In this document: piece after piece, positions 19,420 through 28,981 of the stretch
Layout: the number at the start of each line of letters is the position of its first letter
Numbering within the stretch: the first letter of the stretch is position 1
Origin: Candidatus Multivorans sp.
Lineage (GTDB): Bacteria; Acidobacteriota; Thermoanaerobaculia; Multivoradales; Multivoraceae
Direction of reading: 5' to 3'
Assembly: GCA_965224025.1 (NCBI GenBank)
Contig: OZ245033.1
Coordinates: 2,624,001 to 2,688,000, forward strand
DNA length: 64,000 nucleotides
Position numbers and translations under genes: made by a program
Notes under the pieces: model-generated
The model's database searches: none
The model's input: the letters and a program-made list of their open reading frames with translations, nothing else
What the model was told of the DNA's origin: nothing

Positions 19420-19864
19420 TTGGCCGAACGAGTTCAGGAATTCGACAACCCGCTCCCGCCCGCGAAACGTGCCGCGGACCTCGTCGCCGTTCGTGTGCCG
19501 GACGTTCAGTTCGTAGCGGACGAAGTCGGAGGTCCGCGTCCGGCGTGCTTTCCTCGGAGGACACGTCCACCCCTTCGGTCGCGAAAGCCTGGATGACGGG
19601 ATTGTAGGGGCAGTAGGCCAGATGGAAACGGTGAGATCGCAGTTGGGCGAGCGATCCTCCTGTGAACTCTCCCGCGAGAACGGTGCCCAGGAACGGCTGC
19701 CGGCGAGCGTAGGTCTCCGCGAGGGGAGCGGTCGCGCTTTGAATCTCCTGGACCTTGTTCCGCGAGTGTTTGGTGTATCTCCGCCAAGCTGTTTCGATGA
19801 AAGCGACTGGCTCGCCGCGCGTTTCCTCGGAACCTCCCTCTTCCAGAACATAGTCGAGATCGTT
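19420..19864 (-). pseudogene. Fragment of a putative PD-(D/E)xK restriction-endonuclease-like gene
   Basis: Start-less frame NDLDYVLEEGGSEETRGEPVAFIETAWRRYTKHSRNKVQEIQ...STPDADL, then a frame change near 19530 to DFVRYELNVRHTNGDEVRGTF. Lower GC than its neighbours. Family assignment is from recall only. Confidence 0.5.
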
Positions 19865-20046
19865 GCGGCGGCGATGGTGAACGCCTCGTGGGCCGTGAGG
19901 TGCTCCTCTTCCTTGAGCCCCGGCGGCGGCAGGTAGTGATCGGCGTACCAGATGCTGTCCCAGGGACCCTGGTCGAGCAGCTCGGCCACTTCGCGGATGC
20001 TGTCCCAGGTGTTTCGGTAAACGGTGACCTGCGCGCCGAACCTCAC
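19865..20046 (-). pseudogene. Truncated LLM-class (F420-dependent-type) oxidoreductase, N-terminal ~60 codons
   Basis: GGAGG RBS and MRFGAQ...WDSIWYADHYLP...EAFTIAAA; LLM similarity then stops abruptly. Confidence 0.75.
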
Positions 20047-20065
20047 GTCTTGATCCTCCCGGTCA

Positions 20066-21043
20066 TCAACCCGCGTTCTCCATGACCGTCTTGCCGATGA
20101 CCTTGCGGTCCATCATGTCTCGCAACGCTTGCGGAATCTGCTCCAGGGGGTAGCGCCGCGAGATGTAGGGCTTGATCTTGCCCGCGGCGGCGAGAGCCTC
20201 CGTCTCGAGCCGGGCCGCTTCGAAGATCTCCGGCTCGCGCATCCTGGAGGCGCCCCAGAACACGCCGACGATGTCGCAGCCCTTGAGCAGAGTGAGGTTG
20301 AGCGGCATTCGCGGAATGCCGGCGGTGAAGCCGATGACCAGAAACCGGCCGCGCCAGGCCGTAGACCGCAGCGCTGCTTCGGCATACTCGCCGCCGACCG
20401 CGTCGTAGACGACGTCGACGCCCTTGCCCCCGGTCAACTCCTTGGCGCGGACCTTCAAGTCCTCCTCGGTGTAGTTGATCGTCTCGTCGGCGCCGCGCTG
20501 GCGGCATAGCGCCAGCTTCTCCTCGGTCGAGGCGGCGGCGATCACCCGTGCGCCCATCACCTTGCCCAGCTCGAGTGCGGCGAGGCCGACGGCGCCGGCG
20601 GCGCCGAGCACGAGGAGCGTCTCCCCCGGCTTCAGATCGCCCCGGTACTTCAAAGCGTAGTGGCCGGTGCCGTAGGCGTAGCCGTAGCCGGTGGCGTCGG
20701 CGCAACCGAGACCCTGGGGCAGTTTGCGAACCTGGGACGCGGACAGCAGCACCTGCTCCGCGAAGCCGCCGGTGCCGCCGCCGCCGACCACGTCGTCACC
20801 GACCGCCAAGCCGTCGACATCCGGGCCGACAGCGGCGACCGTGCCGCCCACCTCGCCGCCGACGACGAAGGGCGATTCCCCGCGGAACTGGTACCGGTTC
20901 TCGATCATCAGCGTGTCGGGGAACGTGATCGCCGCCGCCCGGATGTCGACGACGACTTCGCCCGGACCGGGGACCGGATCCGCCAGCTCCTCGATCGTCA
21001 GGTTCTCCGGGGGACCGAACTCACTGCATACGACTGCCTTCAT
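20066..21043 (-). CDS. NADPH:quinone oxidoreductase family (MDR)
   Basis: GETLLVLGAAGAVG, GVDVVYDAVGG, GRFLVIGF and LLKGCDIVGVFWG. Confidence 0.92.
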   Translation of the reverse strand: MKAVVCSEFGPPENLTIEELADPVPGPGEVVVDIRAAAITFPDTLMIENRYQFRGESPFVVGGEVGGTVAAVGPDVDGLAVGDDVVGGGGTGGFAEQVLLSASQVRKLPQGLGCADATGYGYAYGTGHYALKYRGDLKPGETLLVLGAAGAVGLAALELGKVMGARVIAAASTEEKLALCRQRGADETINYTEEDLKVRAKELTGGKGVDVVYDAVGGEYAEAALRSTAWRGRFLVIGFTAGIPRMPLNLTLLKGCDIVGVFWGASRMREPEIFEAARLETEALAAAGKIKPYISRRYPLEQIPQALRDMMDRKVIGKTVMENAG

Positions 21044-21077
21044 TGCTTGCCTCTTCCGTGTGTCGTGAATCGTCTGC

Positions 21078-22658
21078 CTAGATCGCGCGGTCGCGTCCCT
21101 TCCAGTACGGTGCGCGCACCAGGCCGCGCTGGATCTTGCCCGTGGGCATGCGGGGCAGGTCGGTTGCGAAGTCGATGGAACGGGGGCGCTTGAAGTCGGG
21201 CAGGTTCTCGCGGCACCAGGTCAGGAGCTCCTCGGCGAGTTCCTCGCCCGCTTCGTAGCCAACGCCTACTTCGACCACGGACTTGACGCTCTCGCCCCTC
21301 TCCTCGTGGGGCACGCCGACGGTGCACACCTCGTACACCGCGGGGTGCTGTTGCAGCACGTCGTCGATTTCCTGGGGGTAGATGTTCACGCCGCCGGCGA
21401 TGATCGTTTCCGCGGAGCGGCCGGTGAGGAACAGGTAGCCGTCCTCGTCGACGTAGCCCATGTCGCCCATCGTGAAGAAGTCGCCGCGATATGCCGAGGC
21501 GGTCTTGTCGGGGGCCTTGAAGTACTCGAACCGGTTCTCGGACGCCTGGAAGTACACGGTGCCGGTGGTTCCAGTCGGCACGTCCTCGCCGTCGTCGTCG
21601 AGGACCTTGTACTTCGTTCCCTCGACCGTGCGGCCGACGCTGCCGGGCTTCCTGAGCCACTCCTCCGAGTCGACGAAGAACGTGCCGCCCTCGGTGGCGG
21701 CGTAGTACTCCCAGACTACCGGGCCGAACCACTCGATGATCTGGTGCTTGATGTGGACCGGAGTCGGCGCCGCGCCGTGGACCAGCCAACGCATCGAGGA
21801 GACATCGTAACGATCGCGGATCACCCGCGGCAGCGCCAGCACGCGGTGGAACATCGTCGCCACCATGTGCGTGTGGGTCGCCCGGTGCCTGTCGATCAGG
21901 GCGAGCGTCTCCTCGGCGTCCCACTTGTCCATCAGCACCGAGCCGACGCCGGCGCCCATCGGTATCGCCAGGTTCAGGCCGAGCGGCGCGGCGTGGTAGA
22001 GCGGTCCGGTGACCAGGGAGCAGTCCGTGTCGGGTTCGAAGTCGCCCGACTCGCGGACTGCCAGCAGGAACGGCGTCGGCGTCGCGTCGGCCTTGCGGTA
22101 GACGCCCTTGGGATGGCCGGTCGTACCCGAGGTGTAGAGCATCGGCGCGCCGAGGATCGGGTTCTCGATGTTCGAGCCGTCTTCCGCCGCGAGCGCGTCG
22201 TCGTAGGACTCCGCGCCCTCGATCTCGCCGCCGACGACGAGCGTCAGGCGCAGGTGGCTCGACTCTGCTTGCGCCAAGGCAACGGCCGGTGCGAAGGCCA
22301 CGTCCGCGATCAGCACCCGCGCTTCGCAGTTCGCGACGATGTAGGCGACCTCGGGTGGTGAGATGTGCCAGTTGATCGGCGTCATGCGTCCGCCGGAGCG
22401 CTGGCAGGCGGCGACCGTTTCGACGAACTCGGGCCGGTTCCGGCACAGCAGGGCGACGCCTACGTCAGGACCGACGCCGTGCGCCCGCAGCACGCGGACA
22501 AGACGGTTCGCATTGGCGTTCAGATCGCCGAGCGTCCGGCTGCCGAACTTCGACAGAACGACCATCCGCTCGGGCGCCGCCTCCGCGTGCACCGCGACGC
22601 CCATGCCGTAGGGCGCGGCGGCCATGAGTCGTTCCTGCAGTTGGGGATCGATCGCCAT
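21078..22658 (-). CDS. Acyl-CoA synthetase (AMP-binding)
   Basis: YTSGTTGHPKG, YYAATEG, GDMGYVDEDGYLFLTGR and TGKIQR. Confidence 0.93.
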   Translation of the reverse strand: MAIDPQLQERLMAAAPYGMGVAVHAEAAPERMVVLSKFGSRTLGDLNANANRLVRVLRAHGVGPDVGVALLCRNRPEFVETVAACQRSGGRMTPINWHISPPEVAYIVANCEARVLIADVAFAPAVALAQAESSHLRLTLVVGGEIEGAESYDDALAAEDGSNIENPILGAPMLYTSGTTGHPKGVYRKADATPTPFLLAVRESGDFEPDTDCSLVTGPLYHAAPLGLNLAIPMGAGVGSVLMDKWDAEETLALIDRHRATHTHMVATMFHRVLALPRVIRDRYDVSSMRWLVHGAAPTPVHIKHQIIEWFGPVVWEYYAATEGGTFFVDSEEWLRKPGSVGRTVEGTKYKVLDDDGEDVPTGTTGTVYFQASENRFEYFKAPDKTASAYRGDFFTMGDMGYVDEDGYLFLTGRSAETIIAGGVNIYPQEIDDVLQQHPAVYEVCTVGVPHEERGESVKSVVEVGVGYEAGEELAEELLTWCRENLPDFKRPRSIDFATDLPRMPTGKIQRGLVRAPYWKGRDRAI

Positions 22659-22770
22659 GCGGGCGTTTCCGCGGGCGCCGAACGAAGCCGGCACCCTGGT
22701 TTCCGGGTTGTTGCGTTGCTCGCGATTCCTGAAAGAGCCGCGAGTGTACCGATAGCTACACTGACCGCCC

Positions 22771-24084
22771 ATGGCCGCCACGAATACACCCGGGTCCGTC
22801 GAACTGACCGGCCTCGACCGCGCCATGCTCGCGGGCGAACACGGAGAAGCGGCCGCGACCGCGATGCGCATCCTGGTGACGATGGCGGGGGTCTACGGCG
22901 CCCGCCGGTTGCTGGACATCGAAGGCGCCCACATCGACGGCTGCCTCTACCACGGCGACTCGGGCGTCGACTTCGCCGAGATGCTGGTGGCGGGCGGCGC
23001 CCGGGTGAGCGTGCCGACGACGCTCAACGTCGGCGGTCTGGACCTGCTGCACCCGGAAGAGTTTGCGGGCTCGCCGGAGCGCCGTGCCAAGGCCCTGCGG
23101 TTGATGGAGTGCTACGAGGAGATGGGCTGCCGGACGATCTGGACCTGCGCGCCCTACCAGGCGACGCCGCGGCCGGAGTTCGGCCAGCAGGTCGCCTGGG
23201 CCGAGAGCAACGCGATCGTGTTTGCGAACTCGGTGCTTGGGGCTCGCACCCACCGCTACGGCGATTTCATCGACATCTGCGCCGCGGTGACCGGCCGCGC
23301 GCCGGCGGTGGGACTGCACCTGGAGGAGAACCGGCGGGGTCAGGTCGTGTTCGATCTGCGTTCGCTACGGCGGTCGCTGACGGCTGCATCGTGGCTTCTG
23401 CCGGTGATCGGCTACCTGGTGGGAGAGCGCTGCGCCAACCGGGTGCCGGTGCTGCTCGGCCTGGAACGGGCCGACGAGGACGGTCTGAAAGCGCTGGGCG
23501 CGGCGGCGGCGTCTTCTGGCGCGGTGGCGCTCTTTCACGCCGTCGGCATCACGCCCGAAGCGCCGACGCTCGAGGCCGCGCTCGGCGGCCGGGAGGCCGA
23601 CGAATGGATCGAGGTCACCGTCTCCGATCTGCGGGCCGGGCTGCGGCGCCTGTCGACGGCGGCGGGCGCCGCGGAACCGGATGGCGGCGCGAACGACCTC
23701 CGGATCGACGTCGTGGCGTTGGGCAGTCCGCACTTCTCGCCGCGCGAGTTCGCGGAGCTGGTGCCGATGATCGAGCGCCACCCGCCGGCCGTGACAGTCG
23801 AGTTCGTGGTCTGCACGAACCGCATATCGCTCGACTTCCTGGAGCGCAGAGGCGCTCTGGATCGCCTGCGCGAACTCGGCGTGCGCGTGGTCGTCGACAC
23901 CTGCGTGGTCGTCGCGCCCATCCTGCGGACGCCGGCGGGGGGAATCCTGATGACGAACTCCGGCAAGTTCGCGCACTACGCGCCGGGCAACGTCGGCTTC
24001 GATGTCGTCTTCGGCAGCCTGTCCGAGTGCGTGCGGTCGGCTCATGCGGGCCGGCTGCGGCGCGACCCGGAGTTGTGGCCGTGA
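22771..24084 (+). CDS. Aconitase X catalytic subunit (DUF521)
   Basis: HIDGCLY, TCAPY, WAESNA, LGSPH, DTC and TNSGKFAHY. Confidence 0.92.
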   Translation: MAATNTPGSVELTGLDRAMLAGEHGEAAATAMRILVTMAGVYGARRLLDIEGAHIDGCLYHGDSGVDFAEMLVAGGARVSVPTTLNVGGLDLLHPEEFAGSPERRAKALRLMECYEEMGCRTIWTCAPYQATPRPEFGQQVAWAESNAIVFANSVLGARTHRYGDFIDICAAVTGRAPAVGLHLEENRRGQVVFDLRSLRRSLTAASWLLPVIGYLVGERCANRVPVLLGLERADEDGLKALGAAAASSGAVALFHAVGITPEAPTLEAALGGREADEWIEVTVSDLRAGLRRLSTAAGAAEPDGGANDLRIDVVALGSPHFSPREFAELVPMIERHPPAVTVEFVVCTNRISLDFLERRGALDRLRELGVRVVVDTCVVVAPILRTPAGGILMTNSGKFAHYAPGNVGFDVVFGSLSECVRSAHAGRLRRDPELWP

Positions 24085-24503
24085 GCGGCGTCGAGCTGCG
24101 CAGCCAGGTCCTGGTCGCCGGCGCCGGCGCCGGGCCGGTGCTGCGCCTGGAAGAGCCACTCTCCTTCTGGGGCGGAGTGGACCCCATGACCGGGCGGATC
24201 ATCGACCGGCGCCATCGCCGGTGCGGTGAGAGCGTCTCGGTCCGCGTCCTGGTCATGCCCTACGGCCGGGGATCGAGCAGTTCGAGTTCGGTGCTGCTCG
24301 AGGGCGTGCGCCTCGGCACGGCGCCGGCCGCCATCGTGCTGCGCGAACTCGACGGCATCCTGGCCCTGGGCGCGGCGGTGGCGCGGGAGCTCTATGAGCG
24401 GTCGCCGCCGGTCGTCGTGCTGCCGGCGAGGGACTGGGAGGCCCTGAGCGAAGGGGCCGAGGCTGCGGTCGACGTCAGCGGCCGTCTGCGGATCGCAGGC
24501 TGA
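24081..24503 (+). CDS. Aconitase X swivel subunit (DUF126)
   Basis: GTGA overlap; PLSFWGGVDP..G.IID..H and GRGSSSSS. Confidence 0.9.
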   Translation: MSGVELRSQVLVAGAGAGPVLRLEEPLSFWGGVDPMTGRIIDRRHRRCGESVSVRVLVMPYGRGSSSSSSVLLEGVRLGTAPAAIVLRELDGILALGAAVARELYERSPPVVVLPARDWEALSEGAEAAVDVSGRLRIAG

Positions 24504-25725
24504 CGTTCCAGGACGTCCACAGCCAGACCTTGAAGGTGTCGGTGCTCCAGTCGTCGGCGTCGTACCGCGCCAGCTTGATGCCGAAGTCCTGCTTCCATCG
24601 CGTGTTCCACACCGCCATGGCGTCGATCTCGGACCCGTAGTCCATGCTGCCGACCGCGGAGCGGAACTGGTGCCAGCGCACGGTCCAGTTCCAGGTGTCC
24701 AGGTTGTGGTCCAGACGCAGGTAGAGGTCGACGAGGCCGTTGGCCGGCGTGCCGAGGAACTTGTCGGTCCAGCCGTTGAAGCCGTGCAGGGTGGCCAGCG
24801 GCGTGCGGAACCCGTAGGCGCCGTCGCCGTCCAGGGCCTCGCGCACCGCGCGCACGCTGACGTCGCCGCGCGAGAAACCGATCCCGGCCTTCTGGTAGTC
24901 GACGTCGACGCTGCCGGGGTTGTCCGCCCAGTCCTGCTGGACCGCGTACTGGAGTTCCCACAGAACGGCGGCCGCGCCGGCGTCGTGCGAGCCGTTGTAG
25001 CTGGCGCCCCAGTTGGACGTCGAGTTGGCCGCGGCGCCCGGCCGTTCGTAATCCAGCAGGTAGCCGAAGAGCGCCAGGTTGCCCGGGCCCGCCGGCCCCG
25101 AGGCGTGGATCACGTGGGATCCCATCGGCTCCTCGGCGCCGGTGATCCGGTGGGCGCGGTCGAGGAAGGCGTAGCGAAGAGTCCAGTCCGCGCCCACCTG
25201 TGCGTCGAGGGCGGCGGCGTCGAATGCCTGGTGGTGCTGCCGCCAGCCGACCGCGCCGACGAAGCGCTGATCGCCGATCAACAGTTCGGTGCGACCGAGC
25301 GTGAACGCGACCGGCCCGCGTTCGAGCTTCGCCGCTGCCTGGTTGATCGCCGTGAGCGCCGGGTCGGCGATGACCGGACGGTCGCGGACGCCATTGTCGA
25401 GTCCGCCGTAGCCGAGGTTGCGATAGGTGCTGTCGTCGCCGACCGGGGTCACGTCCTCCGCCTCGAGCAGGAAGGAGAAGCCGCGAAAGGCCTTCGTCTG
25501 AAGTTTGAGCGTCGTGCGCAGGGTCGAAGCGAGCGCCGCGCTGTCGAACGCGTCGTCGTCCGACTGCTCGATCCGGTAGCGGAGGCCGACCGAGACGTCC
25601 GCGTCGCGAATGGCCTGTCCGAGCGTTGCCGGCTCCTGGGGAACGTCCTCCTCGTCGCCTTGCGCAAGACCGGGCGAAATGCCGACGGTCGCGCTCAGCG
25701 CGAGCGGAATCAGACACTTGCGCAT
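24475..25725 (-). CDS. Alginate-export family outer-membrane beta-barrel
   Basis: Signal peptide, LRYRIEQ, QRFVGAVGWRQHHQAFD and FRTPLATLHGFNGWTDKF. Confidence 0.8.
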   Translation of the reverse strand: MRKCLIPLALSATVGISPGLAQGDEEDVPQEPATLGQAIRDADVSVGLRYRIEQSDDDAFDSAALASTLRTTLKLQTKAFRGFSFLLEAEDVTPVGDDSTYRNLGYGGLDNGVRDRPVIADPALTAINQAAAKLERGPVAFTLGRTELLIGDQRFVGAVGWRQHHQAFDAAALDAQVGADWTLRYAFLDRAHRITGAEEPMGSHVIHASGPAGPGNLALFGYLLDYERPGAAANSTSNWGASYNGSHDAGAAAVLWELQYAVQQDWADNPGSVDVDYQKAGIGFSRGDVSVRAVREALDGDGAYGFRTPLATLHGFNGWTDKFLGTPANGLVDLYLRLDHNLDTWNWTVRWHQFRSAVGSMDYGSEIDAMAVWNTRWKQDFGIKLARYDADDWSTDTFKVWLWTSWNVSLRSADGR

Positions 25726-25779
25726 GATGGGGTTGGGTACTCGGAGAGGAGAAGTTCGGGATGACGGAGACGGGGCGCA

Positions 25780-26024
25780 CTATACAGCCCGGCCTTGGCG
25801 AACTCGTAGGCGTCGTCGGGCGTGCTGCGAGTGCCGAAGATGAAGGCGTCGAACGAGTCGCGGGTGTGGACGTGGAGGTCGCCGAACAGAGCCCGTCTGG
25901 CCGCTTCCTGAGCGGTGGCGGTAGTGGCACCGCAGAGGATGAGGACACTCAGGATTCCGGCTGCGCTGGGGAGGGACTCTCGAATGTCGGCGCCTGCTGG
26001 CGTGGCGGTTGTTGTCGACGGCAT
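25780..26024 (-). pseudogene. DUF3604 (PHP-like) N-terminal fragment
   Basis: Signal peptide plus FGDLHVHTRDSFDAF.FG...PDDAYEFAK. The family is normally much longer; here the frame ends after ~100 codons. Confidence 0.75.
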
Positions 26025-26034
26025 CGTGGCCGGC

Positions 26035-26775
26035 CTAGTAGCGCCGAGGGAAGTTGACCGTCAGAAGCCAGTACACGGCGACCGGCTCCCCGTGAAGAGT
26101 CGCGGGCTTGAACTTGTGGCGCTCCGCGTACTTCAGTGCTTCCCTTGCGAACCCGTAACCGGGATCCTGCAGCACGCTCGTGTGAGCGACCCTTCCGTGC
26201 TCATCGATGACCATTCCGAAGACCACGGCACCCCTGACGCCGGCGCTGCGCGCCTCTGGCGGGTGCCTCGGTGCCGCCGGCCTGTTCTTCCGCACCGGCC
26301 GCTCCATGCCTTTCACCGGTTCGCCATCTACCGATAGGGTGTGGATCTGCCGGTCCCCAAACTTCTTGCGAACGGCCTCGAGATCGGCCTCGATGACGAT
26401 TTGGATGGCCACTCCGTAGTGCTCGGCGCCGTTGCCCCGTTGGTTCACATAGCGGCGCGCCGACCTGACCGCCACATCGTTCAGTCCCTCTTCCTTCGCT
26501 GCGGCGGCGTGCACGAACCAGAAGAGAGTCGGGAGTTCCAGGTCTTCGTGCAGCGTCTTGAGTTCGACGATGTTGTTCAAGGTCGTGAGAGCTTGAGATG
26601 AAAGCCCCTGTTCGACGAGGTCTACGGAGTACAACCACCAGCGTTCGACCTCGGCCGCTGGCGTCGTCCGGGCTTGCGCGAACCCGGGTCCGACGGCAAG
26701 CAGTGGAAGAAGAACGGCGGCGCAATGAGCTCGCCGAGCGAGCACCTGCTTACACTGCACGAATCCTGAGGGCAT
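26035..26775 (-). CDS. TonB C-terminal domain protein
   Basis: PPEARSAGVRGAVVFGMVIDEHGRV, PGYGF and FKPATLHGEPVAV. Start uncertain. Confidence 0.8.
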   Translation of the reverse strand: MPSGFVQCKQVLARRAHCAAVLLPLLAVGPGFAQARTTPAAEVERWWLYSVDLVEQGLSSQALTTLNNIVELKTLHEDLELPTLFWFVHAAAAKEEGLNDVAVRSARRYVNQRGNGAEHYGVAIQIVIEADLEAVRKKFGDRQIHTLSVDGEPVKGMERPVRKNRPAAPRHPPEARSAGVRGAVVFGMVIDEHGRVAHTSVLQDPGYGFAREALKYAERHKFKPATLHGEPVAVYWLLTVNFPRRY

Positions 26776-26931
26776 GCGGAAGAACCTCCGAGGACGGACA
26801 CACGGCGACCTTAGGATAGCGCCCGTCTGGTTCAGGTACACTTACTGGGCACTGACCAAGGATCCGAGCAAGCGATTCCTTGGCCGTCGACAGCGGACGT
26901 AGCGGTCCGCACCAACGGGAGCACCCGAAGA

Positions 26932-28263
26932 ATGAAGACCCAGACCTCTCGTCCCATCCTGCTCATGCTCACCGCCGCCGTTGCCCTCCCGGGCATCGCC
27001 TTGACCGCCGACGCGGAGACGCCGACCTTCTACGCCGACGTGTTGCCGGTCCTGCAGGAGAACTGCCAGACCTGCCACCGGCCCGACGGCCAGGGCGAGA
27101 ACATCGGCGGCATGATCGCGCCGATGCCGCTGATGACCTACCAGCAGACCCGCCCCTGGGCGCATTCCATCGCGCGTGCGGTCGAGAACCGCTCGATGCC
27201 GCCCTGGTTCGCGACCGAGGCGACCCGCGGGCAGTTCCACCATGAGCGGGTGATGTCCGACGACGAGATCGAGACGGTTCTGGCCTGGGTCTCGGGCGGC
27301 GCGCCGGCCGGCGACGCCGCGGACGCTCCACCGCCGAAGAAGTTCGTCGAGGAAGGCTCGGGCGGCTGGTCGCTCGGGCGCCCCGACCTGGTTGTGCCGA
27401 TGCCCGAGGAGCATTGGGTGGCCGACGACATTGCCGACATCAATATCAACTTCGAGACCGAACTGACGGAAGAGATCCTGCCGGAGCCGGTCTGGGTGCG
27501 CGGCGTCGAGTTCAAGGTCGGGAGCAACGATGTCCATCACATGTGCGCGAGCATCCGGCCGCCCGGCGGCGCGACCGCGCTCGGCAAGTTCAGCGACAGT
27601 TCGCTTGGCTGCATCGCGCTGGGGGCCGAGAGCCACCTGATGGAGCCCGGCTACGCGATGAAGCTCGAGCCCGGATCGACGATCGAGTTCTCCATGCACT
27701 ACAACAAGGAGGCGGGCGAGGGCAGCGGTTTCTCCGATCGCTCCGAGATCGGCTTCGTGTTCGCCGATGTGCCGGAGAGCGAGCTGCGCGAGGTCAAGTT
27801 CGACTCGATCGGCAACCTCACGTTCGAGATTCCGCCCGGCCACGAGCGCTGGAAGGTCGGCGCCGCGAGGGTCTTCCCGGTGGAGACGGACATCCTGGCC
27901 CTGTGGCCGCACGCCCACCTGCGGTCGGTCGCGGTCCGCTACGACGCCTTCTACACCGACGGTACGACCGAGGTCCTGCTCGACGTGCCGAACTACGACC
28001 AGGAGTGGCAGACGACCTACCAGTACAAGAAGCCGAAGACGATCCCCGCCGGCACCCGGGTCGAGGTCTCGATGTGGTTCGAGAACACGCCCGAGCGCGG
28101 CGAGATTCGTGGATTCGATCCGGCGGACAACGTGGTCAACGGCACCGCCACGACCGATGAGATGATGCTGGGCTTCGTCGCCTGGGCGCCCGTCGAGCCG
28201 GTCGATCCGATCGCGCTTCGGCTCGGTCTCACCTCGATTCAGAGCACCGGCGGCGGGGAGTAG
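26932..28263 (+). CDS. Secreted cytochrome c-fused copper type II monooxygenase-like (PHM-fold) protein
   Basis: Heme motif CQTCH, MPPW, and Cu-ligand-like VHH, MHY, HAH and DEMM. Confidence 0.8.
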   Translation: MKTQTSRPILLMLTAAVALPGIALTADAETPTFYADVLPVLQENCQTCHRPDGQGENIGGMIAPMPLMTYQQTRPWAHSIARAVENRSMPPWFATEATRGQFHHERVMSDDEIETVLAWVSGGAPAGDAADAPPPKKFVEEGSGGWSLGRPDLVVPMPEEHWVADDIADININFETELTEEILPEPVWVRGVEFKVGSNDVHHMCASIRPPGGATALGKFSDSSLGCIALGAESHLMEPGYAMKLEPGSTIEFSMHYNKEAGEGSGFSDRSEIGFVFADVPESELREVKFDSIGNLTFEIPPGHERWKVGAARVFPVETDILALWPHAHLRSVAVRYDAFYTDGTTEVLLDVPNYDQEWQTTYQYKKPKTIPAGTRVEVSMWFENTPERGEIRGFDPADNVVNGTATTDEMMLGFVAWAPVEPVDPIALRLGLTSIQSTGGGE

Positions 28264-28273
28264 GTAAACGGAA

Positions 28274-28942
28274 ATGACCGGTTTGCGCGGGTGGCGGCTG
28301 CCTTCGGTCGCCGCCCTCCTGCTGCTCTCGGCAGCGGCGTTTGCGGCACCGGCGACGGGCCAGTTCTCCGAGACCGATGAAGTCATCGAGAAGCCCTCGA
28401 AGGAGGGTGAGGGTCGCAAGCTCGACGCCTCGGGGCTGACCAACGCCTTCGCGCTGCTGGTCAACGCGACCCGTTCGATCGACAGTGCCGAGATCGGCGG
28501 CGGCACCGTCGAGGTCAATGCCGGAAGGCTGCCGCTCCTCGGCGTGGATTGGGAGGCGTTGCAGGAACACGAACAGGGCTTGTTCGAGTTTCAGACCGCG
28601 GCGGCGATCAAGCTGCGCGCGGAAGCCGACATCGTGGTCGGTAACCTCGAGGTGCCGTCCGGCAACGTCTCACCCGGTTTCGCGGGTCTCTACAGCTTGT
28701 GGATCCGCCTGGACGACGATGGCCAGTGGATGCTGATCGTGAACCACGAACCGGATGTCTGGGGCACGATGCACGATCCGTCCAAGGACCTGGGCGAGAC
28801 GCCGCTTGACCACTCGATCGTGGAAGGGGGCAAGTCAAGCCTGACGATCGAGATCGATCCGCCCGAAGGTGGCGCGCCGGGCACGCTCAAGCTCTCCTGG
28901 GGCGAGCACCGCTGGCAGACTCAGGTCGCCGCTGCCGGCTAG
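28274..28942 (+). CDS. DUF2911-like secreted protein
   Basis: Signal peptide, GLYSLW, WMLIVN...WGTMHDPSKDL and LKLSWGEH. Confidence 0.65.
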   Translation: MTGLRGWRLPSVAALLLLSAAAFAAPATGQFSETDEVIEKPSKEGEGRKLDASGLTNAFALLVNATRSIDSAEIGGGTVEVNAGRLPLLGVDWEALQEHEQGLFEFQTAAAIKLRAEADIVVGNLEVPSGNVSPGFAGLYSLWIRLDDDGQWMLIVNHEPDVWGTMHDPSKDLGETPLDHSIVEGGKSSLTIEIDPPEGGAPGTLKLSWGEHRWQTQVAAAG

Positions 28943-28981
28943 GAGGGGCAACGCAGGCGCGTTGCACTTCCGCACGGCGAT

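Noticed and set aside
18565-20046. 493-aa ORF as a real protein
   Set aside because: It is a chimera of an LLM fragment, nuclease-like remnant sequence and the antisense of the NHL gene.
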